Assembly (NCBI GenBank): GCA_021613535.1
Contig: CP075495.1
Coordinates: 10,788,001-10,852,000, forward strand
Direction: 5' to 3'
Length of the DNA: 64,000 nucleotides
From: Adineta vaga
Taxonomy: Eukaryota; Animalia; Rotifera
Under the pieces are notes generated by a model. It did no database searches and had not been told where the DNA came from. It worked only from the letters and a program-made list of their open reading frames with translations. Positions 48,341 to 61,471 of this stretch are shown piece by piece; positions within the stretch are counted from its first letter, which is position 1; each line of letters opens with the position of its first letter. The position numbers and the translations under genes are program-made.

Positions 48341-51300
48341 TTACCAATTGAGAGGAGGAACATTGAAACGTGAGATAACACGATTTTGATCGGTAAGATC
48401 TTTTTGAACCTTACGACGCATATAAAATATGGAACAATCACGACTGAAGAGAAAAAGAAGCAAGAGAATGAATGAATCAAAATCATGTCTTTGGAAAATC
48501 TTACTTAGAGCAAAGAACATCTTCCAATCTTGCACCTTGACATCGTTGACATTCAGTCCAAAGACGAGTAAATTTTTCTTCTAATTCTTGTAAATATTCG
48601 ATTTCTTTCTGATAATAATCCCCTTCTTTTCCTTTACAATACGAACAAAGAGCAGTACCTAATTAGAATCAAAAAGATTCACAGCATATCAAATAAGTTA
48701 TGTATTTCTCTATGAATCATACCTTGTTCTTGCAATACAGTTTTACATCCGATACATTTATCTTTTTTCGTAATAAAACCTGCTAAACCTCCAACTTTTG
48801 ATGTAACTACTGTTTTTACCGATGTATGTTCACCATCTAAAAGCATCAAATGTGATTTTAGTTTCATGAAATCAATTCAATCAAATTTCCATACGTAAAA
48901 GTATTGATTCGGCTTTTGCATCACCAAGAATAGGTTCAAATATACGTAATAATGGTTTAGATATTTGTTGTTCAAGATAATATTTTGTATCTATGGGAAT
49001 ATTATTATCTAAGACATAGACTGGATCCTGAAATATATCATACATAATTAGATAAGAATTATATGTATAAAAATCAAATAATTTACTTCTGCTCGTTCAT
49101 AAGCTGCCTGATTTTTAGTTCCTGGTATAATAACATATGGAACACGATCACCTAAATTTGGTGCACTGCCAGGATCACGTTTACGCATCTTATTTGCTAA
49201 TTCTACATGTGGTTGTTTATTAGCATATTCTCCATCTGTTTTCGTTAATTCTTTACTAATAACTAATTGTGAAATATCGATTCGATTACATAATAAATCT
49301 GAAATGACATTTTTCACATATTCCACAGCACCATTTGGATCCCTGAAAAAATATCAAATTAAATAAAAGATAATGTTATAAATCGTCTCTTTAAACCTTT
49401 CAATTAATAATTTTTTTAAACATGTATTAATTAAACTTGCAACTAATTCACAATTATCACGTCGAACAGTTTCAATACCTTTACAATCCATTTTATCATA
49501 TTTATCAGGACGTGTAAAATAGAGACCAGCATAACGTTTCTTATTAATTAATAAATATGGATAATAACATTTTTCAAATTCCAGTTTAATCGGTGAAATA
49601 AAATTTGCTGAAACTGTTGTAGCAGCTAAACGTCCAAGTTTCATAGCTTCTTCTAATGTTTTTACACCGAATTTAATCATTACTGAATCTGTATCACCAT
49701 AAATAACTTTTGCATCATATTCATAACCTTTATTAATAGTAAATTCACTTTCAATTAATGCTTTCGTTTTCTCAATCATTTCACGACCAAATGATGTTAC
49801 TGATTGAGAAATTTCTAAGCATGGTAATTTACCAACTTGAGCACCGGTAAAACCATAGACTGAATTAGCAGATATTTTCAAAGCATTTTGACGACCATCG
49901 AGAACTTTTTTACGAAATTCATCCGTTTCTTCTTTCATCATCTAAAGAATTTCATATAAAATCATTGAATTGATATTAAGAAATAGAATATACTTGTTTC
50001 GCTCGTTTACGAGCACTAAGTAAATTTTCAAGAATTTCTGGTAATAATCCACGACGAACTTTCGCTGTAACGAAACAGTTACCAGTCGGCGTAGTTATAT
50101 ATTCATCTTCGGAGAGACTAAAATATGATTGTTAATTCGTATGAATAGTAAGAAACAATATTGCTTACGTTTGCTTAATTCTTCCATCATTAATTAATGT
50201 TGAATAACATAAATTATGTGCTTGCATAATCGATGGATACAGTGATGAAAAATCCAATGTTGTAATTGGCGTATCGTAATAACCACGACTTGGTTCAATA
50301 ACAGTTGCACCCGTAAAATCATCTCCATTATCAGTAATTTTTAATGCTGGAATTAATAGATTTTTTTCTTTACATTTTCGTAAAATTTGTGAAATAACTT
50401 TGATTTGTTGACCACGTTGAAGTAAATAATTCATTGGTACACCTGTTACACGTGCCATTTCCATATAATTAATTAAGGACATTAATTTTTCTAATAAACG
50501 TAATGGCAAATAAGCATCTTTAAGACAATACACAGCAAGACGATGACGTGTTTGTGCATTACCATTCTATGTTGTATGAAGTAAAAAGAAAACGTTTGTT
50601 TTTTTCTTGAATTTATTAATGATAATATTTACCTGTAAATCAGATATGATCGAATGTTGAACATCTTCTTTTTGTTGTTGAAGAAAATGAAAACTAACGG
50701 CATTAAGTGTATATGAACGAAGTTTGTATTCACGAAGGAGTACCTTGATAAAAGAAATAGAATTCATATCGATTTTGTATCAAGAAATCAATGATTTCAA
50801 ATATATATTTATAGGGTAGAGAAATGATGCTACTATATTTCGAATTGTTCTCATCAATTTTTTGATATATCAACTTTGAGTAAATTCATTTACCAATAAG
50901 AGATCGAATAAAACTCGTCCTTCTAAATTAATCTGTTTATTTTCACGTCTTCCCAATTGTTTTGATTGAAGAACTGTTGTACGTGCTGTTGTTTTGACAT
51001 CCTAAAACGAGATTTATACATGATAATTTGCTTTATTTCGGAAAAAAGCTCCTTTTTTCCATACTTTTAAACGACCAAGATATGAAAATGTGCCAATGTT
51101 CGTTGTTTAGCACGAGCAAGAAGATAGGAAAAATCAAAATTTTGAATATTATATCCTGTAATAATATCCGGATCGACTTCACGCAAGAAATCTGCCCATC
51201 TCTAAATAATACACGAATATATATTTCAATAAAATTAAAATATTTCAAACCTCAAGTAATTCATGTTCAGTTTTACATTCGATTACTCCAACGCCGGCTA

Positions 51301-52770
51301 TATTTGCACATGTACCCAATGTAAAGACAGTTTTAATAAATTCTTCTTTTTCACCTTGACGTATAACCATGCTAGCAATTTGAATAACTGGATCATGCTC
51401 AGGTTCAGGAAAAATTCCTAAAATCATTCAATTATTTATAACAAATTGTTCCGATCAAATTAATCTTCTCAAACCTTTTCGTCCAGCACATTCAATATCA
51501 TAACTCATGATACGTAAAGGTGCAATACGTTGCCATTCACCTTCCGCTGGATACGAAATAATATCATGTGCCCAAATATCCAATTCAATTTGACATCTAC
51601 ATATAGAAAAAAAAGCAACTATTGATGAGTTCGATCTATTATTTTAAACCTTGATTGTAATTTTAATTGATGACCAATGCCACGTGTAACTTCATGTCGT
51701 ATAGAATATTTTCCCGCCGGAATTTCGATCCAATTGCAACCGACAATATTTAAATCAGCCATGAGACTAAAATACTTTTATGTTTAGTTTTACATTATTC
51801 CAATGAATTAGTATACCGAATTTCAAAATCTATATTTGTTTCAAAGGTTTTATAACCATCTATTTGAGTTTTATTTCCTGTCCATGAAAAGCCACCTTCA
51901 AGAATACGTCGTGATGTTGCAATAAATCTTGGTAATAGTAAACATATTTTCAGGACTTGACTCTTTTTTGTCTCTGGTTGAAAACCGTAAATACTAATCT
52001 TATGTTCTAATTCAACACTTAGAACTAAATCAGCAGCAATTACATCTTTGCCACGCATTTCACTACGCAATGCAGCATGAAAATTTTGCTAAAGAAAAAG
52101 AATTTTATTCAATTATCAAAAATTTCTTCGTTTCTTATATTTTTACTTTAAAACGTTCACAATCAGCTGCAGTAAATGTATCCGATGGTACAGATGCATA
52201 AAAATATGGAATATAACCATGTAAATGTGCCATTACTGAATATCCTTCATCAGTCACACCATAAAGACGTATAACAGTATTAGGACCACGTACATGTGGT
52301 CGACTTTTGTCAAGCACATTCGGTATACCTTCAGTATCTGTGTATGTATCTAGATCAATTTGTTGAAAATAAAGTTTATCTGTTGAAGGATTTATCGATG
52401 GAATATCTGGTCGTGACCATTTAACATTTGTTGCTTCATAAGCTGGACCTTGACCTATTGAATAGAATAGAAAACATTGAAATATTTGAAAATGCTTTTT
52501 TTGTTTCGTTGTTTTCATTACCAAGTTCAACAGCATTTTCTTTATTTTCTTGATCAGCATCATCAAAAGCAGGATCATCCATAAAATCTTCCTCATCATC
52601 ATCATTTGTTCTATGATTATAAAATAATAGTTCTATTCTTCAGGAAAAACAAATATATATATATATATATTCTACCGTTTTGGTCGTTTAATTTGTGTTC
52701 CATTCGATGGTGTTGCTGATGAATTGTGACCGGCAAAGGTTTTTCGTTTGAAATTATTTGTTACACTCAT
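48341..52770 (-). CDS. POLD1: DNA polymerase delta catalytic subunit
   Basis: Exonuclease SYDIEC and GYNI motifs; polymerase [27 protein letters not shown] and YGDTDS; CysA/CysB metal sites; multiple short introns. Confidence 0.97.
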
Positions 52771-52872
52771 CTAATATAATCGAAGAAAGAAGAAAAAAGA
52801 AGAATTACAAAAATCTAAAACAAAAGAAAAACAATCATATCGGACTTGAAAAATATCTCTGATCATAAATGA

Positions 52873-53780
52873 CTAGCAACAATCTGGAGGAGTATATAAA
52901 CAACAAAGAATATATCTCTCACGTCTATCAATTGAATACGAACGATGAGAATAATGTTTCAGTACAGCTTTTTCTGCAGCTGATGGATTAATCCATTTCG
53001 CTTGACAAAGTGGACAATTTGTTTCTTTGCCCTTAACACGTTTCCATTCTTTCATACAATTTTTGTGCATTGATTTACCACAGGAATGGAAACAAGTGAC
53101 TAGTTTTTTATCTTTCATTAGTAAACGTTCGAAACATATTGGACAAATATCATGATAATCAATTGATTGACGTTTTAAACTTAACGGTAATTTTTCATTT
53201 TTCTTTTCTTCTATCAGTGGTGTCGAAATTGGACAAAGACGACGAATTTGTCCTTGAAATATCTGTTCTAAATCATGACTTGTAAATTGACGATAGAGCA
53301 TTATTGCCAAACGAAGATCAAGTGAATAAAGATTTACATTAAATATACGTTTAAGTACAAAAAGAAAATGTTTACAAACATGATTTCGTCGAAATTCTCG
53401 ACATGAACAAGATGATTTATAACTAATGATAATTTTATATTGATGACGATTATATGTATAGATCCATCCTTCAAAGTGATCATATGATAAAAATTGATGA
53501 TGTACTAAATAATAGTGTCGTGTCAACATTTGACCAAGTGCTTTATCAAATATAATTTGTCGTTGATTAAGTAATTGATGGTCTGACGATAATGATGATG
53601 AGGAGGAGGGCTAAACAATCTTCTTCTATTTCAGAAATCTCTTTTTTGATTTATTTAGAGTAGTCTTACAAGTATCTTTAATTGATCATCATCATCATCA
53701 TCATCATCTATTGATGAAGGATAAACATTCTCATGTGTTTCACTACCTTCTACTTGTATCACCGGAGTTGTAGAAGACAT
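52873..53780 (-). CDS. SWIM zinc finger + RING-H2-type protein (ZSWIM2/MEKK1-N-terminal-like E3)
   Basis: SWIM CSC...CKHFLFV; RING CPICFE...CFHSCGKSMHKNC...CPLC; acidic exon 1 from ATG 53780, one intron. Confidence 0.85.
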
Positions 53781-53896
53781 CGATATCTGAAGTAGAAAAA
53801 GTTTATTTAACTTTCTCTAACAAAAAAACAAAGGTGAAAAATCAAAATCTAATCGTTTTTTTTTATTAAACTAGAAAACACACACACACACACACA

Positions 53897-55487
53897 TCAC
53901 AACTTCACTTGGACATTATCATTCTGATGATCTAATACTTGGAGTGCATTTGTAAATCGTTTCCGTACAATATTCGAACCAAAAAACGTCGCTATTTCAT
54001 GAACAGGTGGTCCTTGTAAACATCCACATAGAACTAATCTCCAGATACGAAAAATTTGTTTACTCGTAATTTTCTTTGGTTGATAATTTTTTACGAAATT
54101 CTTCGCATCATCAGGTGTAAAATGGATCTGATCAAGATTTGTTAATGTTTGTTGAATAATAAATCGAAATTGATCACTATTATCAATAAAATCTTGTTTA
54201 ATTTCAGGTTCTTTCCATAAATATTCATATAAATTATTTGTAAATAATTCTTCTAATAAATTAATACGAAAATCAATCATATTTAAACATCTTTCTAAAT
54301 AATCATTTTGTAATTGAATAGATGTTTGAAGATCTTTTTCTGGGTAATATTTTCGAACTTTTTCACGAAGTTCATCAATAACTTTTTGTCGACTTTCAGT
54401 GGAATTTTCATATTCACGTTTGAAATGAGCACGTTGACAGAGAGATAATTTTTTGAAATCAACAATAGCTGCATGTCTACTAAAGAATTGAATATTAAAT
54501 AAAGATACCATTTCATCAAGAGTTTTGCCAACAATTGAATCAGTATCAGTAAATCCACCACCACCACACAGAGCAATAAAATTTAATATTGCATTCGGAT
54601 AATAATCTTTTTGACGATAATATTCAATTTCAATCGGATTAATCGCATTTTCTTTATCACGTTTCGATAGTTTTCTTCCACGTTCACGTTCAAGTAATGG
54701 TAAATGACCATAACTCGGTGCTGACCAATTGAAAGCTTTATAAAGAAGAAGATGTTTCGATGTTGATGTTTGCCATTCATGACCACGTAGAACATGTGTA
54801 ATATTCATTAGATGATCGTCAATAACATTAGCTAAATGATATGTCGGATAACCATCAGATTTTAAAAGAATAAAATCACCCTCATTTGTATAGGGATTAT
54901 GTTCATGATGACCATAGACAAGATCATCATATTTCTGAATTCCTTGTTCATCCGTTGGTAAAGAAAAACGAACAACATATGGAAGACCTTGTTGAAGATA
55001 TTCATCTAAAGAATTCAATGATATTATTGTTTTTTTTTGTTCTTATAAATATCGAGAAAATATTACTTTGTTGTTTTTCTGTTAATTGCTTACATCGTCC
55101 ATCGTATCTATATGGTTGTGAACGTCGTTTACAATCATGTCTTAAAAGCATCAATCGATCCGTCGTACAAAAACATCGATAGATATGTGGTTGATTTTGG
55201 TGATTTAATTTTCCAAATAATTTATGTAAATATTTTCGATATATTTCGACACGTTCTGATTGTATAATAGGTGGTTCATCAGGTTGAACACGTGTCCATT
55301 GAAGAATTGATTGTATCTGTTCTTTGGCACCAGGTATTGTACGTTCTCGATCTGTATCTTCAATACGTAAAAGAAATTTTCCATTAAATGATTTAGCATA
55401 AAGATAGTTATAAAGAGCTGTACGAAGACCACCAAAATGAAGTTGTCCAGTAGGTGAAGGAGCGAAACGAACACGAATAAAAGACAT
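53897..55487 (-). CDS. EARS2: Mitochondrial-type glutamyl-tRNA synthetase
   Basis: [14 protein letters not shown]-like [36 protein letters not shown]; one intron at ~55006-55067. Confidence 0.93.
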
Positions 55488-55492
55488 AAAAT

Positions 55493-55759
55493 TTATTGTT
55501 TAGTTGAAGTTGATGTTGGCGAAACAATACGTTGAACTTTTTGCATACAATGACGAAATTCTTGCATTTCCTTTGCACAATGACGCCAATCTTTCTTCTC
55601 AATATAACATTCTTGTAATTTTTCGTGAAATGGATAACAACCGGTTTTACGAATTGCTAATGTTACGTGATCTTCGTCGTCGTTATTATCACCTGTAGCT
55701 GATGTTTGATTTTCTGTTGTTTTATCTTTCGATGGTGGATCAAGAACAATAGTTGGCAT
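55493..55759 (-). CDS. COA4: Twin CX9C mitochondrial IMS protein, cytochrome c oxidase assembly factor 4-like
   Basis: DDEDHV..AIRKTGC-X9[12 protein letters not shown]9-CM pattern. Confidence 0.85.
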   Translation of the reverse strand: MPTIVLDPPSKDKTTENQTSATGDNNDDEDHVTLAIRKTGCYPFHEKLQECYIEKKDWRHCAKEMQEFRHCMQKVQRIVSPTSTSTKQ

Positions 55760-56545
55760 GGGAAATTTTCGTCTATTCTATTTTAGTAGAACAATCGAAC
55801 TATTATTTATATAAAATAAATGGAAACGAAAACTATCTCAGACTTTCTATTCGTTAAAATAAGTTTTTCAAAACAATCATCAGTATATATGAAATATGCT
55901 ATAGTTTCAACACTATTTATTAATAATTTAATTTTTCCTACCATTTATTTATTTTTCATGCAACTAAGATGTCGCTAACAATCGTTTAATATTTACAATA
56001 CTAAGAAAAAATGAATTCCTTGATCTGTAATCAAAGATTGAATAAAGAACTATTATGATCAATGTAAAATGAATAACTCTTTGAAACAGAAAGCAATTGA
56101 CCTTCTAGTATCGAAGGTTTAACTTAAATGTTCAAAGGAAGAGACAAATCAGTCAACTTTTATGAACTTTGTAAATTCAAAATCCTACGTTACAGTTTTG
56201 ATGAATGTAAAGGAGAACGACTAATTTTAGTTTTACTTTGATTTTTCTAAAAAAATAACGAAAATTTACTCGATAAACTATTATTAATCATATTGAAGAA
56301 AATATGTGATTATCTAATTTTCTTAACAGAAATTATTATTAGATTTAAAGAAATCTCCTTTATCAAGAACTCAATAATTCTCAATGAATGCTTCATTGAA
56401 CAAATGAATGTCGACGCAAATGATATTAGAATTATCCTTGATAAGTCGATGATGTTTTTTTTTTCTTCTCCCCAAACAGCTCTATAGTTTTATTTTATCA
56501 CTGTAGAAAATAAGACATGAAAAAAGAGAAAGAAAATAAAACCTA

Positions 56546-59516
56546 TCAACATCGACTAGTAATGAACAAAAGAACTATTAATAATAAAAACGATGTTGAC
56601 AATTGAAATGCTTGGTTTGTCTGAGCATTTATTCCCGTTACCACTGTATTCGATTTATATAAATTTTGAATATGACGTTCAGCTGTAAAAGTAGAAGTTT
56701 ACATTGATATGTCGAGGTATAGAACTATATGAACTTACATGATTTATCATTATTTATTATTCCAGATGATAAAGTTGTAGTAGCTATAGAGGGTGTTGTT
56801 GAAGGTCGATTTTCAGTGATATGTTTCAGATGTTTAGTCGATTGGACTAATTCTAAAAACAACTCATCCATTAGAAAGAAAATCATTAGATAAAACCGAT
56901 CTATTCTAACCTTTAAGAATAAATTCAGCATGAGAAACTCCAACAGAATTCTTCGCTCGACATACATATGGTCCAAAGAATGATGAATCACTGAACTATT
57001 AACATTCGATTCAAATTTATAAGAAAGAAAAAAACTTGTAGTTTTTTTTTTAAATAAATGTCTTACATATATTGTAATAGTCAATTGTCGACATGTTTGA
57101 TTAACAAACTCATCGAATTTATCTTTTATTCCATGTTCTATAGGATTTGTATGTTTTGGGCGAAAAAAATCAAATTTTATCGGTGACGGTACTGAACAAG
57201 CACGACATGTAATGGTTGTTGAATCGTACAAACGAAAATACGAAAGATGAAATGGAACAGTAACGGTAGGTTTATCTGAAATTTTAATTTCAAAGATCAT
57301 TTGAAAAAGACACAAAATATCGAACTTACATTTAACATGTAGAAGAAATTGTCGATTAACCGTACTCAATGTATTAGTCGCTGAACAATCCACACGACCC
57401 GAATCAAATCGTGAAACATTACGTAAAATAAGAATACTTTCATTAGTACCCGCAACTAGAATACAAATAGAGATGTGACCGGATATTCAGCTTCTGGTGT
57501 CTTTTTTTCTTCTTTTCTTTTGAAAATAGAACATACTCGTTGTAATCAATGCTGGCCTAGATAATCCATTGACTTGCCAAACAATAATGGGTGTTGGTCG
57601 ACCGGATGCTGTGCAAGAGAATCGAGCATCTCGACCTTCACGAACGGTCAAACCCATGTCTTCTGGTGAATGTGAAATAATTCTTGGTGGTACTAAAATA
57701 GATAAGTAGATAGATAGTAAATTATGACTAGAAAGACATTATTGAACGTGTCTGATAAAAATCCTCTCTCGAGATGGTGTTCATTGACAAACTAATGTGA
57801 TGAACGTGACATCAAACTAATGTTGATTCATCGATGTTATTATCGACTATACAACATATCTATGCATACGTATTGATGATCAAACATATACATAGAGAGA
57901 TATTCATTTTCTTTTTGACTCGTCGATCACATTAATTTCTTTGTTACGTTTATTATTGTCTAGAGCACGATCTAATAGACTTTTTCATTTAATGCTTCAT
58001 CAAATGATCATTTGTTTTTCTTTGTTTTTATGTTTGAAGGTGTGTATGTCATACTTGAAAAACAATTAGCTGATCCACAGCTGCCTTTGTATGTTCTTCT
58101 AGTGTACGTGTAAGCCTTTTTTTCCTTCTATCACGCTCATTGACATCGTTTAAGAATAGAAACGTACGTCTATTGAAGAAAAGAAGAAAGAATAGATTCA
58201 ATGGAGTGGACAATCACCCAGAAGATAGATTACTAATAACGAACAGAACAATGCGTAGTCGATTCACAAAAAAAACTAATTTGTATACCTGCAAGGCAAG
58301 CCGTACCATTTATTTTAAAGTAATTGAAGTGAAGGTTGCTATTCTGTCTGCTAACACTATTTAAATGACTTCCTACGGATTTTTTATTGGAGAAATAGAA
58401 ATAATCATCAATAAGCGGAAGTTATACATCGAGAATTCTTTCTTTATTCATATTCCGGATATCGTGCGTCTCTTCAAAAAGGTGTTAGTTGATGTCATAA
58501 TGTCAAATACATTTCTTTTATATTTATATATATATATTAAATGTATACGTATGAGAATGTGTATGCCCGGTAAGACTCTCTCTTTCTCTCTCTTGTACAT
58601 AAGAAGGAGGGATGACATACAGACGAAAAGATCCAAATGTAAACCTAAGAGGCGGATTGTTTTTGTCGCTTCATACATTTATATACATATATAGCGATGT
58701 ATCAACAACATCCAAAATGAGAGAAGGTCAGTCAACATACGCACATACACCTCGACCATATGTTTGCATTGTCAAAATGAACCTCGAATGACGATCAAAA
58801 CAAGGATATGATAGAGTACAAACATACATGTGCACTAGAAGGTTTTCATATGTATATATGGATGAATTCGTCTATTGACTTAAGAAGACAAAAAAATATA
58901 CTTACTGAGTACATCAAGAAGAATTTCATTTAATGTAATATCTCCACGGACACAACGATATAAACCATGATCTTGTTCTTCTATGTTAGTAATACGTAGA
59001 ACACGTTCTTCTCGATCCATACTAGTCCTTGTTTGAATACTTAATCGACGATCTCGTACTGTTATAACCGAATCAAGGCTGACAATATCTGCTCGATCAT
59101 CGCGGATCCAGATGATCTAAATAAATGTCGATTGAAATAAATGATATAGATAAGAAACAATTAAAAAAAAGGAAAATTTCGTGCTGAGTAACTATTAATG
59201 AATATGTATACACGTTCACCAGCTGTGTATTGCTCATGATGTCATCGTTATTGTATACCCCCTGGAAACTGCTTTCATTCTTTCTTCTCTTTGAACAATA
59301 CTATACCATACCAACAATAACAAACTGTATTCAAACATACAAATATATGTCCCTCGAAGCACATACCTTTGCAGGATTTGTTGGTTCAATATTTTGACTG
59401 ACTGAACACGGTAATTCAACAGTACTAGCTAAAGCTGCTTCAATGGTTTCCAATTGATAAGTTTGATAAGGTTGATAAATTAATAGAATAGAAATGATAA
59501 TGACAATAGACAACAT
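56546..59516 (-). CDS. Three-Ig-domain, probably GPI-anchored adhesion protein (IgLON/lachesin/DIP-like)
   Basis: Signal peptide; Ig1 VELPC...IIW...DHGLYRC; Ig2 PPRI...ARFSCTASGRPTPIIVW...DSGRVDCSATN; Ig3 TITC...GPYVCRAKNSVG; C-terminal hydrophobic tail FLLLIVLLFITSRC*. Confidence 0.88.
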
Positions 59517-61447
59517 TCGATAGGCATCGACGATTGATTAGATAATAGATTAAAATAAAATTTATAATTGTGTACGTTTTGTCTTAGATACGATTATTGC
59601 ATATCTAAGTTCGCTTTGAATTAATGTCTTCAAAGAACTAAAATCGAGATATAATAGTGATGGCCAACATTAAATACGCAAGTTCTTTCTCGTTTTTCTA
59701 TGAGAAGTCGACTTTCTTTTTTTTAGGATGTGTATAGTAACGTGAAAGAGGGAAAGGAAGAGAAAGGAAGAGAGAGAGAGAAATGCAAGAAGAAATCAAG
59801 TTGATTTGTTTCAAGTAAAGAGGATAACTTTTGCTTTTCTCTCTTCTCTTGTCCTTCTTATTTCTGACAGTCAAAGAGAAGAGAGAGAGAGAGGGTAAGA
59901 GAAAGGAAGCGAAACAAAGAGAAACATTTTCTTCTTCTTCTTTTCCTTTTCTTCATATACTTTTTTTGAGTGACAGCATCATAGACCAGCGGTCACCCAT
60001 CCATTCACCTTCTGTCATTCATCACATTTCTCCTTCATATCTTAAGTAGGTTTATATACACATATTGCAAATGATCCGCCCTGCTCACTCACACTTTAAA
60101 AAAGCTCGTTAGGAGCACGTGAAACATTACATGTCAAATGATGATCGATTCAATGATACATCTCCAAAGATAAACATATTTTGCACGTTTGATGACTTCA
60201 TTAGAAGCAGAAGGAAAAGTGAGAGAGAGAGAGATAGAAAAATGCGAAATTTCCATTTTTTCCCTTCTCTTTAAGATATGTCTGTATGCTGTTTTCAATT
60301 GACTGACTAATGAGGCTTGTATTCATTTCATTTCGTGTATTTCATGATAAGTATCTTACAAGACTTTCTATATTTCACAATATGTTAAAAGAAATAAAAC
60401 GCGTTCACGGACAGTTTAACACAATGTTTTGTTTGACTTGGTTGAGCTCAACATTCTCTATTTCGATATGTACATGAGTAATTGATTTTCAAAGTTTCTC
60501 TTCTTCTCTTATGTCTTGTCGTACATACATACACACCATTTCAATTTGTAATATGTATATGTATTTATAAATGTATGATGATGGCGGCGACGACTAGGAC
60601 GGAAACTAAATGCAAATAGTGATAGCGTTGGAGACGAGCTAATGAGAACTTGCACAGACGGAGAAAAAAAAGACTATCTTATTCAAATGGACTTAACGAG
60701 AAAAAAGAAATTGACAAATAAAGCAGAGGAAAAAAAACGAAAGAAAAAGCAAAGATATTATAAGAATGAATTTCTCAAGAAGTTCAATGAGATACAAAGT
60801 AACCATCTGGATGAATGTATGTTCATGCTTTAGATATCGATACAGAACAGCCGTCAGTGTTTGTACATTGTTGAATATCGATAGCTTAGTAAAATAGAAA
60901 CAACAATAGTAGTAGCAGCCGCTTTCAATGCTTACGTCATCATTAGACACAGCATGTCATCAGATCATGTATAGATGTACACGCACGGATGGTCCTTTCT
61001 AAATGAAGTTAGAAAGAATCAATTTAGTACATGTCTATTGTGAATACGTTTGTCGTTGAGCTGATCGATGATCCTTGTTGATGAACAGGAGGAAAAGAAG
61101 AAGAAGAAGAAATGCTCTCCTATATGAAATGAACCGTTGATGAAGGAAGATTGATATAGAATAAAACGCATGCCAAGACAATCTTAAGCTGACGTAATAT
61201 ATTAACTGGCAAATTAACGCTTATTAATGATAGAAGCAGATTTTCTTGATTATTTCCTAACCTTGAAAGTAAGGAGACAAGGAATCATTTAATATCGATC
61301 GTTGTCTTATCTTTCTATGTCGGTATAATTCGTGTGAACAACATCTGTCAGTGTGTGCATACACACATCTCTATATGCATATATATATATATACACATTG
61401 GTTTGGCTTCATCTAATGTGTCCCGACGGATTAGACTTGAACCTGTT

Positions 61448-61471
61448 CACACACACACACACACACACACA
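61448..61471. repeat. (CA)n microsatellite
   Basis: Run of cacacaca. Similar short (CA)n, (GA)n and (TA)n tracts occur at ~53878, ~22725, ~30616 and ~36206. Confidence 0.9.
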
